A DNA stretch of 42,107 bases, taken from Lawsonibacter sp. (GTDB taxonomy: Bacteria; Bacillota; Clostridia; Oscillospirales; Oscillospiraceae). Position 1 is the stretch's first letter; every line of letters starts with the position of its first letter. The stretch is taken from contig JAAWEX010000001.1 of NCBI GenBank assembly GCA_022794495.1, positions 1 to 42,107 on the forward strand, read 5' to 3'. Shown here in pieces: positions 17,574-27,474 of the stretch. The position numbers were made by a program, and so were the translations under genes. Below the pieces are notes generated by a model, which worked only from the letters and a program-made list of their open reading frames with translations, had not been told where the DNA came from and searched no databases.

Positions 17574-17984
17574 TTAGAAATACTTCTTCACGCCCTCGGG
17601 AGCCAGGGACTCATCGTCGCTGATGGTAATGGTAAACTTGATGTTGTGCCGCTCCGCGAACTTGTTCAGCCAATCCAGGAACAGCTCGGTCTCGTTGTTG
17701 CACTCGCCGCCCACAATCTTGGTGAGGCTGTCGATAAAAATGTGGGTGATATCGTAGTTGCCCGCATACATGCCGCTGATAAAGCCTTTCAGAGCGGTAT
17801 AGCCGGCGATATCATACTCGCTGGCCTCTACCAGGCGGATGTGGTAATGGATATCGAAGGTCAGTTTGTTGCCCTTTTCAATGCAGACTACATTGCCATG
17901 CTCGGTCTGGACCGCGTTGTTGATCATTTCGATTACATGCTTAGTCTTGCCAGAGCCCTTCTTGCCCATGATAACACGAATCAT
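17574..17984 (-). CDS. conserved Clostridial small P-loop-like protein
   Basis: MIRVIMGKKGSGKTK...GFISGMYAGNYDITHIFIDS; RBS AAGGAG; terminator hairpin at 17531-17556. Confidence 0.8.
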   Translation of the reverse strand: MIRVIMGKKGSGKTKHVIEMINNAVQTEHGNVVCIEKGNKLTFDIHYHIRLVEASEYDIAGYTALKGFISGMYAGNYDITHIFIDSLTKIVGGECNNETELFLDWLNKFAERHNIKFTITISDDESLAPEGVKKYF

Positions 17985-18067
17985 GTGTATCACTCCTTAT
18001 CATTTTGACATTGGGGTGAACGCCCTCTGTTTACCTATACTCTACCATATCCCGGCTCCTTTTTCAA

Positions 18068-18331
18068 CTAAAATAATTGTGAATTTTTTGGGGCGTGGAA
18101 AATGGCCGGACATCCCCCCATTGATTGCCGCACCGTGTCCAGACAGCAATCCAGCTGCTTTCGGAGGATTTTGTCGGAATCGGACAGATATTCGCAGATC
18201 GCGTCTAACCCATCCACATCGGGGTCCACCGCCTGGTCCAGCCCTCTGGAAATCAGAAACACCGCGTGGATACCCCTGGAGATTCGGTTCACTGTCACAT
18301 CCAAATCAAGTAATTGTTCCTGTAACGTCAT
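18068..18331 (-). CDS. small hypothetical helical protein (cargo of RHH cassette 2)
   Basis: 87 aa with strong RBS AAGGAGG. Confidence 0.65.
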   Translation of the reverse strand: MTLQEQLLDLDVTVNRISRGIHAVFLISRGLDQAVDPDVDGLDAICEYLSDSDKILRKQLDCCLDTVRQSMGGCPAIFHAPKNSQLF

Positions 18332-18341
18332 GATTTCCTCC

Positions 18342-18447
18342 TTGATTTTTCCCCGGAGGTATGGCATAATCAGATTTGTCATTCCTCCGGGGATGGTGTT
18401 TTAGAGTGTTGGCGGCTTTGCTAGGGGTGCCAGCACTCTATTTTTTC
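18342..18447 (+). ncRNA. candidate antisense sRNA (promoter plus terminator) in RHH cassette 2
   Basis: TTGATT(18342-18347)-17-TGG CATAAT(18365-18370), then AGAGTGTTGGC...GCCAGCACTCT hairpin followed by a T tract. Confidence 0.55.
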
Positions 18448-18614
18448 ATGTCCTGCTCCACAAGATCAATTCCCTTTTCAATTACCTGTGTTCGGGATAC
18501 ACCAAGCGTATCTGCGCAGCGCTGCAATTTGGCCGCTGTCTCTTTGGTCAACCGCAGTCCAAGATTGACGCTTTTGGTAATCTCCTTGTGGGGCCGGCCT
18601 GTACGCGGAGACAT
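18438..18614 (-). CDS. CopG/Arc-like ribbon-helix-helix protein (not in the ORF track)
   Basis: Hand translation MSPRTGRPHKEITKSVNLGLRLTKETAAKLQRCADTLGVSRTQVIEKGIDLVEQDMKK (58 aa); RBS GAGGTG. Confidence 0.75.
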   Translation of the reverse strand: MSPRTGRPHKEITKSVNLGLRLTKETAAKLQRCADTLGVSRTQVIEKGIDLVEQDMKK

Positions 18615-18630
18615 TCCATCACCTCACTTC

Positions 18631-18673
18631 TTGCTCCAGCAATAATTATAATCTTGCTCGGGCAAAAAGTCAA
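18631..18673 (-). promoter_or_regulatory. sigma70 promoter of RHH cassette 2 with two TTGC-N4-GCAA operators
   Basis: Minus strand TTGACT-17-TATAAT; TTGCTCCAGCAA and TTGCTCGGGCAA flank the -10. Confidence 0.75.
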
Positions 18674-18685
18674 GAGGAAATCTGA

Positions 18686-18734
18686 AAAAAGAAGTAACCG
18701 CCCTCGCGTCCAACCAAGGCGGTTACTTCTTTTT
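18686..18734. terminator. bidirectional terminator
   Basis: AAAAAGAAGTAACCGCC...GGCGGTTACTTCTTTTT. Confidence 0.8.
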
Positions 18735-18861
18735 GGGTAACTAAGTTTTGGGGACTAACCGTCTGCCGGCAGCGCCCTTTCTATATTATTAGTATAGTCG
18801 CATGGTTTGGTTTTGTCAATACCCTGTTCCCTCGGGGAGTATCCTTTTCGCAGATTTTAAT

Positions 18862-18941
18862 GTAGGGGCCGCCGCCCTCGGCGGCCCGCCAAAACGCAAT
18901 GTCTCCCCTAGTTTCGGGCCGCCCAGGGTGGCGGCCCCTAC
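18862..18941. repeat. GTAG-type REP doublet (REPIN-like)
   Basis: GTAGGGGCCGCC/GGCGGCCCCTAC terminal inverted repeat with internal hairpins. Confidence 0.65.
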
Positions 18942-18990
18942 GGCCGGTCTCCGGATAAAATGCGCGGTTGGGGCACTCCCTTCCCTCGGA

Positions 18991-20316
18991 TTACAGCTTA
19001 GCCAGCAGCTCTTTGCGCAGGTCCTCGTAGCCGGGCTTGCCCAGCAGGGCAAACATGTTCTTCTTGTAGGCCTCCACGCCGGGCTGGTTGAAGGGGTTGA
19101 CCTCCAACAGGTGGCCGGACAGGCCGCAGACGTACTCGAAGAAGTAGATCAGGTAGCCCACGCTCTTCTCGCTGATCTGGGGCAGCTCAATAAGCACATT
19201 GGGCACGCCGCCATCTACGTGGGCCAGGATGGTGCCCCGCATGGCCTGCTCGGCCACAAAGGACAGAGGCTTGCCGGACAGGAAGTTCAGGCCGTCCACA
19301 TTGGCGGGGTCGTCGGGGATCATATACTCACCGTCGGGCTCAAACTTCACCACGGTCTCGAACATCAGGCGCTCGCCGTCCTGGATGTACTGGCCCATGG
19401 AGTGCAGATCGGCAGTGAATTCCACGCTGGCGGGGAACAGGCCCTTGCCGTCCTTGCCCTCGCTCTCGCCGTAGAGCTGCTTCCACCACTCGGCGAAGAA
19501 GCGGAATTTGGGCTCATAGCCGGCCAGCACCTCGATGCTCTTTCCGGCCTGATACAGACCGTGGCGGGCGGCGGCATACTGCCAAGCGGGGTTATCCAGG
19601 CCGGGGACGGTGAGCTCCTCCATCGCCTGGCGGGCGCCGCCCATCAGGGCGTCGATATCCACTCCGGCAACGGCGATGGGCAGCAGGCCCACAGCAGTGA
19701 GGACGGAGAACCGGCCGCCTACATCGTCGGGGACCACAAACTCCTCGTAGCCCTCAGCGTCAGCCAGGCCCTTCAGGGCTCCGCGGGCCTTGTCGGTGGT
19801 GGCGTAGATGCGCTCCTTCGCCCCCTCCTTGCCGTATTTCTTCTCCAGCAGCTCCTTGAAGATGCGGAAGGAGACGGCGGGCTCGGTGGTGGTGCCCGAC
19901 TTGGAGATGACATTCACCGAGAAGTCCCGGTCGCCGATGAGCTCCAGCAGCTCCAGCAGCGCGCCGGTGGACAGGCCGTTGCCGGCGAAGAAGACATCGG
20001 GGGTGTCCTTCTTTTTCAGGTTGTAGTTGTTGGACTTGATTACCTCAATCACCGCCCGGGCGCCCAGGTAGGAGCCGCCAATGCCAATTACCACCAGCAC
20101 TTGGGATTGCTGCTGGATCTTCTTGGCCGCCGCCTGGATGCGGGCAAACTCCTCCTTGTCGTAGTCACGGGGCAGGAATACCCAGCCGGTGAAGTCGCCG
20201 CCGGGGCCGGTGTGGGCGGCCACCATCTCCGCCGCCTTGGCCAGCCTGTCCTGCCTGGAGGTAAGATAGTCCTCCGGGATAAAGCCGTTGAGTTTGGAAA
20301 GGTCGAGTTTTAACAT
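18991..20316 (-). CDS. pgi: glucose-6-phosphate isomerase
   Basis: [63 protein letters not shown]. Confidence 0.97.
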   Translation of the reverse strand: MLKLDLSKLNGFIPEDYLTSRQDRLAKAAEMVAAHTGPGGDFTGWVFLPRDYDKEEFARIQAAAKKIQQQSQVLVVIGIGGSYLGARAVIEVIKSNNYNLKKKDTPDVFFAGNGLSTGALLELLELIGDRDFSVNVISKSGTTTEPAVSFRIFKELLEKKYGKEGAKERIYATTDKARGALKGLADAEGYEEFVVPDDVGGRFSVLTAVGLLPIAVAGVDIDALMGGARQAMEELTVPGLDNPAWQYAAARHGLYQAGKSIEVLAGYEPKFRFFAEWWKQLYGESEGKDGKGLFPASVEFTADLHSMGQYIQDGERLMFETVVKFEPDGEYMIPDDPANVDGLNFLSGKPLSFVAEQAMRGTILAHVDGGVPNVLIELPQISEKSVGYLIYFFEYVCGLSGHLLEVNPFNQPGVEAYKKNMFALLGKPGYEDLRKELLAKL

Positions 20317-20456
20317 GGGATCATTCCTCCTGTGAAAGAATGGGTTCGTACCTGCTTTTATTATATCACACCCTAAGCCAATTTTCACCGTAAATTCATA
20401 ATTTTGTAAGCCAGAAGAATTTTTATCTGGATCCAGAAAAAAATTGATTTTTACTA

Positions 20457-20485
20457 TTGACAAACCCCCCTCGCGTTAGTATAAT
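20457..20485 (+). promoter_or_regulatory. consensus sigma70 promoter of tRNA-Val
   Basis: TTGACA-17-TATAAT. Confidence 0.88.
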
Positions 20486-20499
20486 AATTTTTGCTGTTT

Positions 20500-20575
20500 G
20501 GACGATTAGCTCAGCTGGTAGAGCATCCGCTTGACGTGCGGGAGGTCACAGGTTCAAGTCCTGTATCGTCCACCA
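20500..20575 (+). tRNA. tRNA-Val(GAC)
   Basis: GGACGAT/ATCGTCC acceptor stem, anticodon loop TTGACGT, GGTTCAAGTCC, encoded CCA. Confidence 0.96.
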
Positions 20576-20581
20576 TAAAAA

Positions 20582-20613
20582 CCGCTCTTTTCGAGAGAAA
20601 AGAGCGGCTTTTT
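20582..20613 (+). terminator. terminator after tRNA-Val
   Basis: CCGCTCTTTTC-GAGA-GAAAAGAGCGG followed by a T tract. Confidence 0.85.
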
Positions 20614-20864
20614 CTAACTTTTTTGCTTGTTTTATGTGACAGCATACGCTCTTGCGTAATTGTTAGGGTAGCAGAGATACCAAAATCAGCACCATGCCAA
20701 TGGCAGGCAGGGTGCTGATTTTGCTTTAATTTTCCCCTTTGAATGGTGTTCAATGGCGATGCCTTCCATATAACAATTGTTGAAAGAAGTCCTGTAGACG
20801 CAAATCTCCACGCTATCCTTCCCTGTGAAGGGCAGGATAGCAATCTTTAAAATTCTTAGCAAAA

Positions 20865-20893
20865 TGTAGGGGCGGCCACAGGCCGCCCCTACA
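20865..20893. repeat. GTAG-type REP palindrome
   Basis: TGTAGGGGCGGCC-ACA-GGCCGCCCCTACA. Confidence 0.6.
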
Positions 20894-20977
20894 GAACGGG
20901 TAGCTTCCCGCCCTACCTCTTTGATTGCACCAGAAGGACTGGGGTGGGAGATATACAGGTCCTTCTCATTTGTTTTC

Positions 20978-21670
20978 CTACGACGCCTTGGATTCGTTGA
21001 GAAATGGTCTTACAATGGTCCGAAGAAAGAATCTTCCAATCATACAGGGGAGTGAAAAGCCAAGAAGGAGCAGATATAGCCCGCTCAATGGGAAAAACAG
21101 CACAGCCAGCAGCGGAAGGCCGTAACCGCAAATTGCCGCTGGAACAGTTCGCTGGGGGCTTGCGACCCCCAGCAATAATGACAGCCGCATGGTCTCTTTC
21201 CAATTCTTCCAGCTGTCCAACAGACTATATAGGTATCCGGCGGATAGCAGTGTTACAAGAAAAATTGTGGAACAAACAAGAAAAGGAAAGAGAAACAGCA
21301 GGGAAGAGGAAACCTGGCGGAAATAGAACCAAGCTCCAAATCCAGCGCATATAAGTGGAACTGCTGTTAGCGCAAAGGCAAAATAGCTCTGCTTCCATTT
21401 GTACCGGAATGCTTCCCCATATATCTGGAGACATTTGACTGGCTGATCCTGCACGATCCTACCCACTACCTGGTTTAGCGCAAAAAGGCCGAGGGGAATG
21501 GTAACGATTGGAATGCAGCTCAGCAGAAACAGAAGATTTACTTTCAGCAACGTACCGCAGTTACGACCTAAAAGGTCAAAGAAACAGGAAAAGCCCGTTT
21601 TTTCAGCGGAGGTGTCCTCCTGCTCTGGGAATGGAGGCATGAGATCATTGTAGTCACTTTTGAAAAACAT
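20978..21670 (-). CDS. DUF624/YesL-like membrane protein
   Basis: LLKVNLLFLLSCIPIVTIP motif, several TM helices, adjacent to a sugar ABC operon; RBS AAGGAGGAG. Confidence 0.8.
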   Translation of the reverse strand: MFFKSDYNDLMPPFPEQEDTSAEKTGFSCFFDLLGRNCGTLLKVNLLFLLSCIPIVTIPLGLFALNQVVGRIVQDQPVKCLQIYGEAFRYKWKQSYFAFALTAVPLICAGFGAWFYFRQVSSSLLFLFPFLVCSTIFLVTLLSAGYLYSLLDSWKNWKETMRLSLLLGVASPQRTVPAAICGYGLPLLAVLFFPLSGLYLLLLGFSLPCMIGRFFLRTIVRPFLNESKAS

Positions 21671-22068
21671 ATTGTTGCTCCTCCTTCAATTCTATACGAT
21701 ACAGAACAATTTATTGAACAGGAGAATATCATACTTTCTGTTTCGCTTCAAGTGTCTGTCTGCATTTTAGCATACTCTGAAGGATGGGAGGAGTTCTAAT
21801 GACCAAATAAAAAATTGACTCCTTACCTTTATAAAATACATTTTAGTAAATACGCACAAAAAAATATGATAATTTTCTATATTTTGACGATTTTGACCCG
21901 AAATATGGCGTTATGTGGTTCAATCTATATATAAAGCGATTTTAGCGATATAAGAATATATTCTAAACACAAGGCGACATTTACAAAGAGAAGACTTTCA
22001 TATTAAGATAGACAAAACTGCGTTGGGTGAATGTGTTGCAGCGCAGAAAAAGGAAAGGATGTGGAGTT

Positions 22069-23385
22069 ATGAAAAAAATCCCCCGCATGATGGCAGCAGC
22101 TCTGCTCGTTGCGCTGCTGCTGTCAATGGTTGGGTGTGGTTCCTCTGACGGAAAGACCCACCTGACCTTCCAAATCTGGGACACAGCCCAGCAGGCGGGT
22201 ATGCAGGCCATGTGCGATGCCTACACCGCTCAGCACCCTGATGTAGTCATCGATGTGCAGATCGTCAGCTGGAACGAGTATTGGACCAAGCTGGAGGCCG
22301 CCGCCGAGTCCAACACCCTGCCGGACATCTTCTGGATGCACACCAACCAGCTGCTGTACTATGCCGACTTCGGTATGCTGGCCGATGTGACCGACCTCTA
22401 CGATGATGTGGAGAGCGGTTACTATCAGAACCACTTCTCCGAAATTTCCCTGGGCAACATCAGCGGCTCCAACGGGCGCTACTACGGCGTGCCCAAGGAT
22501 AAGGACAACGCTGTGCTGGTCTACAACAAGGAGATGTTCGATCAGGCCGGCGTGGCTTATCCCAACGACGACTGGACCTGGGACGACCTGGTGGACGCTT
22601 CCCAGAAGATCTATGATGCCACCGGCAACTACGGCTATCTGGCCTATCTGGATGACCAGCTGGGCTATTGGTCCTACGTCTACCAGAACGGCGGCTACAT
22701 CCTCAGTGCTGACAAGACCACCTCCGGCTTCAACCAGCCTGGCGGCAAGGAGGCCATGGAATTCTATATTGGGATGCAGAAAGAAGACTGGTGTCCCGAC
22801 CAGACCTTCTTCACCCAGAACGGCGCGGGCTCCACCTTCTGGTCTGAGAAGGGCGCCATGTTCATGGAGGGCTCCTGGAGCCTGCTGGGCGCCATTGAGA
22901 ACAACCCCCAGATGGACGGCAAATGGGACATTGCCAAGCTGCCCAAGGCTCCCAACCCTGTCCACACCGACGAGAGCCTGGATCAGGACGGCCGGGCCTG
23001 TATGTCCAACGGCCTGTGCTACTCCACGGGTGCGCACGGCAAAAACCTGAACATCGCCCTGGACGTCATCAAGTTCTTCGGCACCGAGGAGGCCCAGCTG
23101 ATCCAGGGCCGGTCCGGCGCGGCCATTCCCGCCTATCTGGGCGCGGAGGAGAGCTGGCGGGAGGCCTGGAACAAGTTCGACTATAAGATCAATGTGGATT
23201 GCATCTTTGAGCAGTTCGACTACGCCATCCAGGTGCCCTACAACTCCGCCAGCCCCCGCTGGAAGAGCCAGATCCTGGACGTGCTGAACCAGGTTTACGC
23301 CGGCAATCAGGATGTGGATGCCGGTCTGGAGAAGATCGAAAACATCGTCAACACCGAGACCGCCAATAAATTGGCCGGTAATTGA
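22069..23385 (+). CDS. carbohydrate ABC transporter substrate-binding lipoprotein
   Basis: Lipobox LSMVGC, LPDIFWM, LVYNKEMFDQAG, WTWDDL. Confidence 0.92.
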   Translation: MKKIPRMMAAALLVALLLSMVGCGSSDGKTHLTFQIWDTAQQAGMQAMCDAYTAQHPDVVIDVQIVSWNEYWTKLEAAAESNTLPDIFWMHTNQLLYYADFGMLADVTDLYDDVESGYYQNHFSEISLGNISGSNGRYYGVPKDKDNAVLVYNKEMFDQAGVAYPNDDWTWDDLVDASQKIYDATGNYGYLAYLDDQLGYWSYVYQNGGYILSADKTTSGFNQPGGKEAMEFYIGMQKEDWCPDQTFFTQNGAGSTFWSEKGAMFMEGSWSLLGAIENNPQMDGKWDIAKLPKAPNPVHTDESLDQDGRACMSNGLCYSTGAHGKNLNIALDVIKFFGTEEAQLIQGRSGAAIPAYLGAEESWREAWNKFDYKINVDCIFEQFDYAIQVPYNSASPRWKSQILDVLNQVYAGNQDVDAGLEKIENIVNTETANKLAGN

Positions 23386-23399
23386 GAGGAGGGCGTACT

Positions 23400-24290
23400 G
23401 TGAAAAAACCTAGACTGTCCGCCGCCGAGCGCCGGGAAGAAAACTGGGGCTGGATCATGGTGGCCCCTACCATCATCGGCCTGTTTATCCTGAATATCTG
23501 GCCTTTCATCCAGACCATCTATACCAGCTTCTGCGAGCATCTGGGCTTCGGCCACTATAAATTCATCGGCATCCAGAACTATGTGGATATGTTTGGCAGC
23601 ACCGAGTTCTGGAAGGCCACCTGGAACACCGTCTGGTTCTGCATCCTCACCGTGCCTGTGGGCATGATCCTGGCCCTGTTCGTAGCTATGCTGCTGAACA
23701 CCAAGGTGAAGTTCAAGGGCGGTTTCCGCACCATTTTCTTCCTGCCCCTGGTCTGCGCCCCTGCCGCTATCGCCATGGTGTGGCAGTGGATCTTCAACGG
23801 CCAGTATGGCATTCTGAACCAGATTCTGGGAACCAACATCCAGTGGATCACCAACCCCAAGACCGCCGTGCTGGCGGTGGCCATCGTCTCCGTGTGGAGC
23901 AGCGTGGGCTATGACGCGGTGCTTCTGCTGGCTGGCCTTCAGAACATCCCCAAGACCCTGTATGAGGCCAACAGCATCGACGGCGCCGGCAAGGTTCGCC
24001 AGTTCTTCACCATCACTGTGCCTATGATCTCCCCCTCGCTGTTCTCTGTGCTTATCATGCGCCTGATGGCCTCTATGAAGGTCTACGACCTGATCTACAT
24101 GATGTCCGATGACACCAACCCGGCCATGGCCGATATGCAGAGCCTGATGTATCTGTTCTACCGCTCGTCCTTTGTAGCCGGCGACCGCGGCTATGGCTCC
24201 GCCATCGTTATTTGGACCGTTGCCTTGATCCTCCTTGTGACCCTGATCCAGTTCTGGGGTCAGAAGAAATGGGTCACCTACGACATTTAA
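23400..24290 (+). CDS. carbohydrate ABC transporter permease
   Basis: FRTIFFLP, LAGLQNIPKTLYEANSIDGA (EAA loop); GTG start with RBS GAGGAGG. Confidence 0.92.
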   Translation: MKKPRLSAAERREENWGWIMVAPTIIGLFILNIWPFIQTIYTSFCEHLGFGHYKFIGIQNYVDMFGSTEFWKATWNTVWFCILTVPVGMILALFVAMLLNTKVKFKGGFRTIFFLPLVCAPAAIAMVWQWIFNGQYGILNQILGTNIQWITNPKTAVLAVAIVSVWSSVGYDAVLLLAGLQNIPKTLYEANSIDGAGKVRQFFTITVPMISPSLFSVLIMRLMASMKVYDLIYMMSDDTNPAMADMQSLMYLFYRSSFVAGDRGYGSAIVIWTVALILLVTLIQFWGQKKWVTYDI

Positions 24291-24303
24291 GGAGGGCTCG
24301 ATA

Positions 24304-25125
24304 ATGAAATCAAGCAAGGCAAGCAAGTTCCTCGTTTACTTCTTTCTGATCCTTGGCTCCCTCATTATGATCTTCCCCTTCCTGTGGATGTTCTTCACCA
24401 GCTTTAAGACGGTGCCCGAAAGCATGAGCATTCCGGCCACCATCTTCCCCTCCGCCTTCCGGCTGGACAAGTACAAGGAGGTCCTCAACAACCTGCCTTT
24501 TGCCAAGCTGTACTGGAACACCATTCTGCTGGTCTTCTTCCGGGTGGTCTGCGCGATTGCCTTCAGTTCCATGGCAGGCTACGCCTTCGCCAAGCTGAAG
24601 TTCCGCGGCAAGGGACTGCTGTTCACCGTGATCCTGGTGCAGATGTCCCTGCCCAGCCAGATTTTCCTGATTCCTCAGTACCAGATGGTCGCTAAAATGG
24701 GAATGGCCAACACCATCTTCGCCCTGGTTTTCCCGGGTATCGTCAGCGCCTTTGGCGTGTTCTTCCTGCGGCAGACCTACATGAGCATTCCCGACGAGGT
24801 GGGCGAGGCCGCCTATCTGGACGGCTGCAACCAGTGGCAGACCTTCTATAAGGTCATGTTCCCCCTCACCGGTACCTCCGTGGCCGCCCTGACCATCTTC
24901 ACCGCCGTATTCGCATACGGCGACCTGATGTGGCCTCAGATCGTCAACAATGATGTAACCAAGTTTACCCTCTCCGCCGGCCTGGCCACCCTGCGGGGCA
25001 TGAACACCACCGACTTCCCCATGCTGATGGCTGGCTCCTTGCTGGCGATGCTGCCAATGATCGTCCTGTATCTGATCTTCCAGCGCCAGTTTGTGGAAGG
25101 TATTGCCGGTACCGGCGGCAAATAA
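24304..25125 (+). CDS. carbohydrate ABC transporter permease
   Basis: MAGYAFAKLKFRG, IPDEVGEAAYLDG, IFQRQFVEGI. Confidence 0.92.
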   Translation: MKSSKASKFLVYFFLILGSLIMIFPFLWMFFTSFKTVPESMSIPATIFPSAFRLDKYKEVLNNLPFAKLYWNTILLVFFRVVCAIAFSSMAGYAFAKLKFRGKGLLFTVILVQMSLPSQIFLIPQYQMVAKMGMANTIFALVFPGIVSAFGVFFLRQTYMSIPDEVGEAAYLDGCNQWQTFYKVMFPLTGTSVAALTIFTAVFAYGDLMWPQIVNNDVTKFTLSAGLATLRGMNTTDFPMLMAGSLLAMLPMIVLYLIFQRQFVEGIAGTGGK

Positions 25126-25235
25126 TTCGATTCCTTTCTTTTATCTCCCCCTTTTCCATACAGCCCCGGCGGTAATTTTACTGTCCGGGGCTGTCACCCT
25201 AAATGACTACAATTTGCTCAAGGAGGCACTTCGCT

Positions 25236-27422
25236 ATGGTCCTTTACGACGCACAGAATAAAACCTACACCCTGCACACCAAAAACACCACATACCAGAT
25301 GACGGTATGGGATTACCGCGTACTGCTTCATGTCTACTACGGGCCAAGGCTGGAGGGGGAGGATCTGTCCTATCTTCTTCGCTGTAAAGACCGCGGTTTT
25401 TCTCCCAACCCCAACGAAGCAGGCCGCAACCGCACATTTTCTCTGGATACCTTTCCGCAGGAGTACTCCACCTGCGGCGTAGGGGACTTCCGTCTGCCTT
25501 CCATTGAGCTGGAACTCCCCAACGGAAGCCGCACAGCAGACCTGCGGTATGTAAGCGGTACAATTCGGCAGGGAAAATACAGCCTGGAGGGCCTGCCCGC
25601 CTTTTACGGCAATGAGGACGAGTGGGAAACGCTCTCTATTCTCCTGCGGGATGCGGCCGCTCAGGTGGAAGTGGAGCTGCTCTATGGCGTTCTGGAGAAG
25701 TATGACCTCATCACCCGTGCCGTCCGGGTAAAAAATACCGGCGCTGAGACGGTTCGTCTGTGCCGGTGCGCCTCCCTGTGCCTGGATTTTGTACACTCCG
25801 ACCTGGATATGATTACCTTCAATGGGGCCCATGTGATGGAGCGCTGCCCCAGCCGCGTCCCCTTACACCCGGGAATACAGGGAGTAGACAGTGTTCGCGG
25901 CGCTTCCAGCCATCAGCACAACCCCTTTGTTGTCCTGTGCGGGCATGAGACCAACGAGGACTACGGCCTGAGCTATGGAGCAATGCTGTTGTACAGCGGC
26001 AATTTCCAGGCCATGGCGGAGGTGGACCAGTTCACCAACTCCCGCCTGGTAATGGGGCTCAACCCCTACCAGTTCAGCTGGACGCTGGAGCCGGGCATGA
26101 CCTTCACCGCTCCCGAGGCGGCCATGGTCTGCTCCCCTTCCGGATTTGGACAGATGAGCCGCCAGTTCCATCGGGCAATCCGCCGGAATCTGATTCGTGA
26201 TCCCTGGGCCGGACGCCGCAAGCCAGTGCTGATCAACCACTGGGAGGCCACCGAGATGTACTTCACCGCGGACCGGCTGGTGGAGATTGTTCAGGATGCC
26301 CCCGAGCTGGGCCTGGAGCTGTTTGTCATGGATGACGGTTGGTTTGGCGCCCGGAATGATGACAACGCCGGTCTCGGGGACTGGTCTGTGAATGAGGAAA
26401 AGCTCCCGGGCGGTTTGGAGGCCCTGGTGGCCCGGATCAAAGACCTGGGTATGGAATTTGGCATTTGGATCGAGCCGGAGATGGTCAATGAGGACAGCGA
26501 CCTCTACCGCGCCCACCCGGACTGGGCCTTGAACGTACCAGGCCGAAAGCCTTCCCGGAGCCGCAATCAGCTGGTGCTGGATTTCTCCCGCGCTGAAATT
26601 CGGGAGCATATCTACAGCCAAATTAAAAAAGCGCTTTCCAGCGCCGATATCTCCTATGTGAAGTGGGATATGAACCGCAGTCTCACAGAGGTCTGGTCTG
26701 CTGGGCTTCCCCCGGAGCGCCAGGGGGAGGTCTATCACCGGTATGTTTTAGGCGTGTATGATTTTGCGGAGCGTCTGCGGCGGGATTTCCCTGATATTCT
26801 TATTGAAGGGTGCTGCGGCGGCGGCGGCCGGTTCGATGGCGGTATGCTCTATTACACCCCTCAAATCTGGTGCAGCGACAACACCGACGCGGTGGACCGC
26901 CTGCACATCCAGTATGGCACCTCCTTCTGCTACCCTGTATCAACAATGGGGGCTCATGTCTCCGCTGTCCCCAATGCCGTAACCAGCCGCATCACTCCCA
27001 TGGAGACCCGCGGGGTGGCAGCCATGCACGGTACCTTCGGCTATGAGATGGATCTGAGCAAATGTACTCCGGATGAAAAGGAGACCATCAGACGGCAGAC
27101 GGCATTCTTCAAGGAACACTACGACCTGATTCAGGACGGGGACTATTACCGCCTCAGCGACCCCTTCCAGAACGGCTCCTACACCGCATGGGAGCATGTT
27201 TCCCATGACCGGCGCGAGGCCCTGGTCAGCCTGGTCACTGGATCCTTCCGCAGCGCACCGCCTTTTCTGACGCTGCGCATCAAAGGCTTGGAGCCGAAGC
27301 TGCGCTATCGGATTAACGGAGAAGGAAGCTGGCTTGGAGCTGTGCTGATGCAGGTAGGCTGGCCGCTTCCCATCATATTGGGAGATTATCAGGCCTTGCA
27401 GCTCTATCTCGAGGCGGAATAA
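25236..27422 (+). CDS. alpha-galactosidase, GH36
   Basis: FVMDDGWFG, GLGDW, WIEPEMV, YVKWDMNR, CGGGGRFD, WCSDNTDA; RBS AAGGAGG. Confidence 0.95.
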   Translation: MVLYDAQNKTYTLHTKNTTYQMTVWDYRVLLHVYYGPRLEGEDLSYLLRCKDRGFSPNPNEAGRNRTFSLDTFPQEYSTCGVGDFRLPSIELELPNGSRTADLRYVSGTIRQGKYSLEGLPAFYGNEDEWETLSILLRDAAAQVEVELLYGVLEKYDLITRAVRVKNTGAETVRLCRCASLCLDFVHSDLDMITFNGAHVMERCPSRVPLHPGIQGVDSVRGASSHQHNPFVVLCGHETNEDYGLSYGAMLLYSGNFQAMAEVDQFTNSRLVMGLNPYQFSWTLEPGMTFTAPEAAMVCSPSGFGQMSRQFHRAIRRNLIRDPWAGRRKPVLINHWEATEMYFTADRLVEIVQDAPELGLELFVMDDGWFGARNDDNAGLGDWSVNEEKLPGGLEALVARIKDLGMEFGIWIEPEMVNEDSDLYRAHPDWALNVPGRKPSRSRNQLVLDFSRAEIREHIYSQIKKALSSADISYVKWDMNRSLTEVWSAGLPPERQGEVYHRYVLGVYDFAERLRRDFPDILIEGCCGGGGRFDGGMLYYTPQIWCSDNTDAVDRLHIQYGTSFCYPVSTMGAHVSAVPNAVTSRITPMETRGVAAMHGTFGYEMDLSKCTPDEKETIRRQTAFFKEHYDLIQDGDYYRLSDPFQNGSYTAWEHVSHDRREALVSLVTGSFRSAPPFLTLRIKGLEPKLRYRINGEGSWLGAVLMQVGWPLPIILGDYQALQLYLEAE

Positions 27423-27430
27423 CGGCAGCA

Positions 27431-27474
27431 AATCAAGCTGGCGCGAAACAAATTCGTTTCGCGCCAGCTTGATT
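27431..27474. terminator. bidirectional terminator
   Basis: AATCAAGCTGGCGCGAAAC...GTTTCGCGCCAGCTTGATT. Confidence 0.85.

Noticed and set aside
20615-20860. Coding remnant or island end after tRNA-Val
   Set aside because: Lower GC, but no recognisable motif and no tRNA-Val direct repeat noticed in the window
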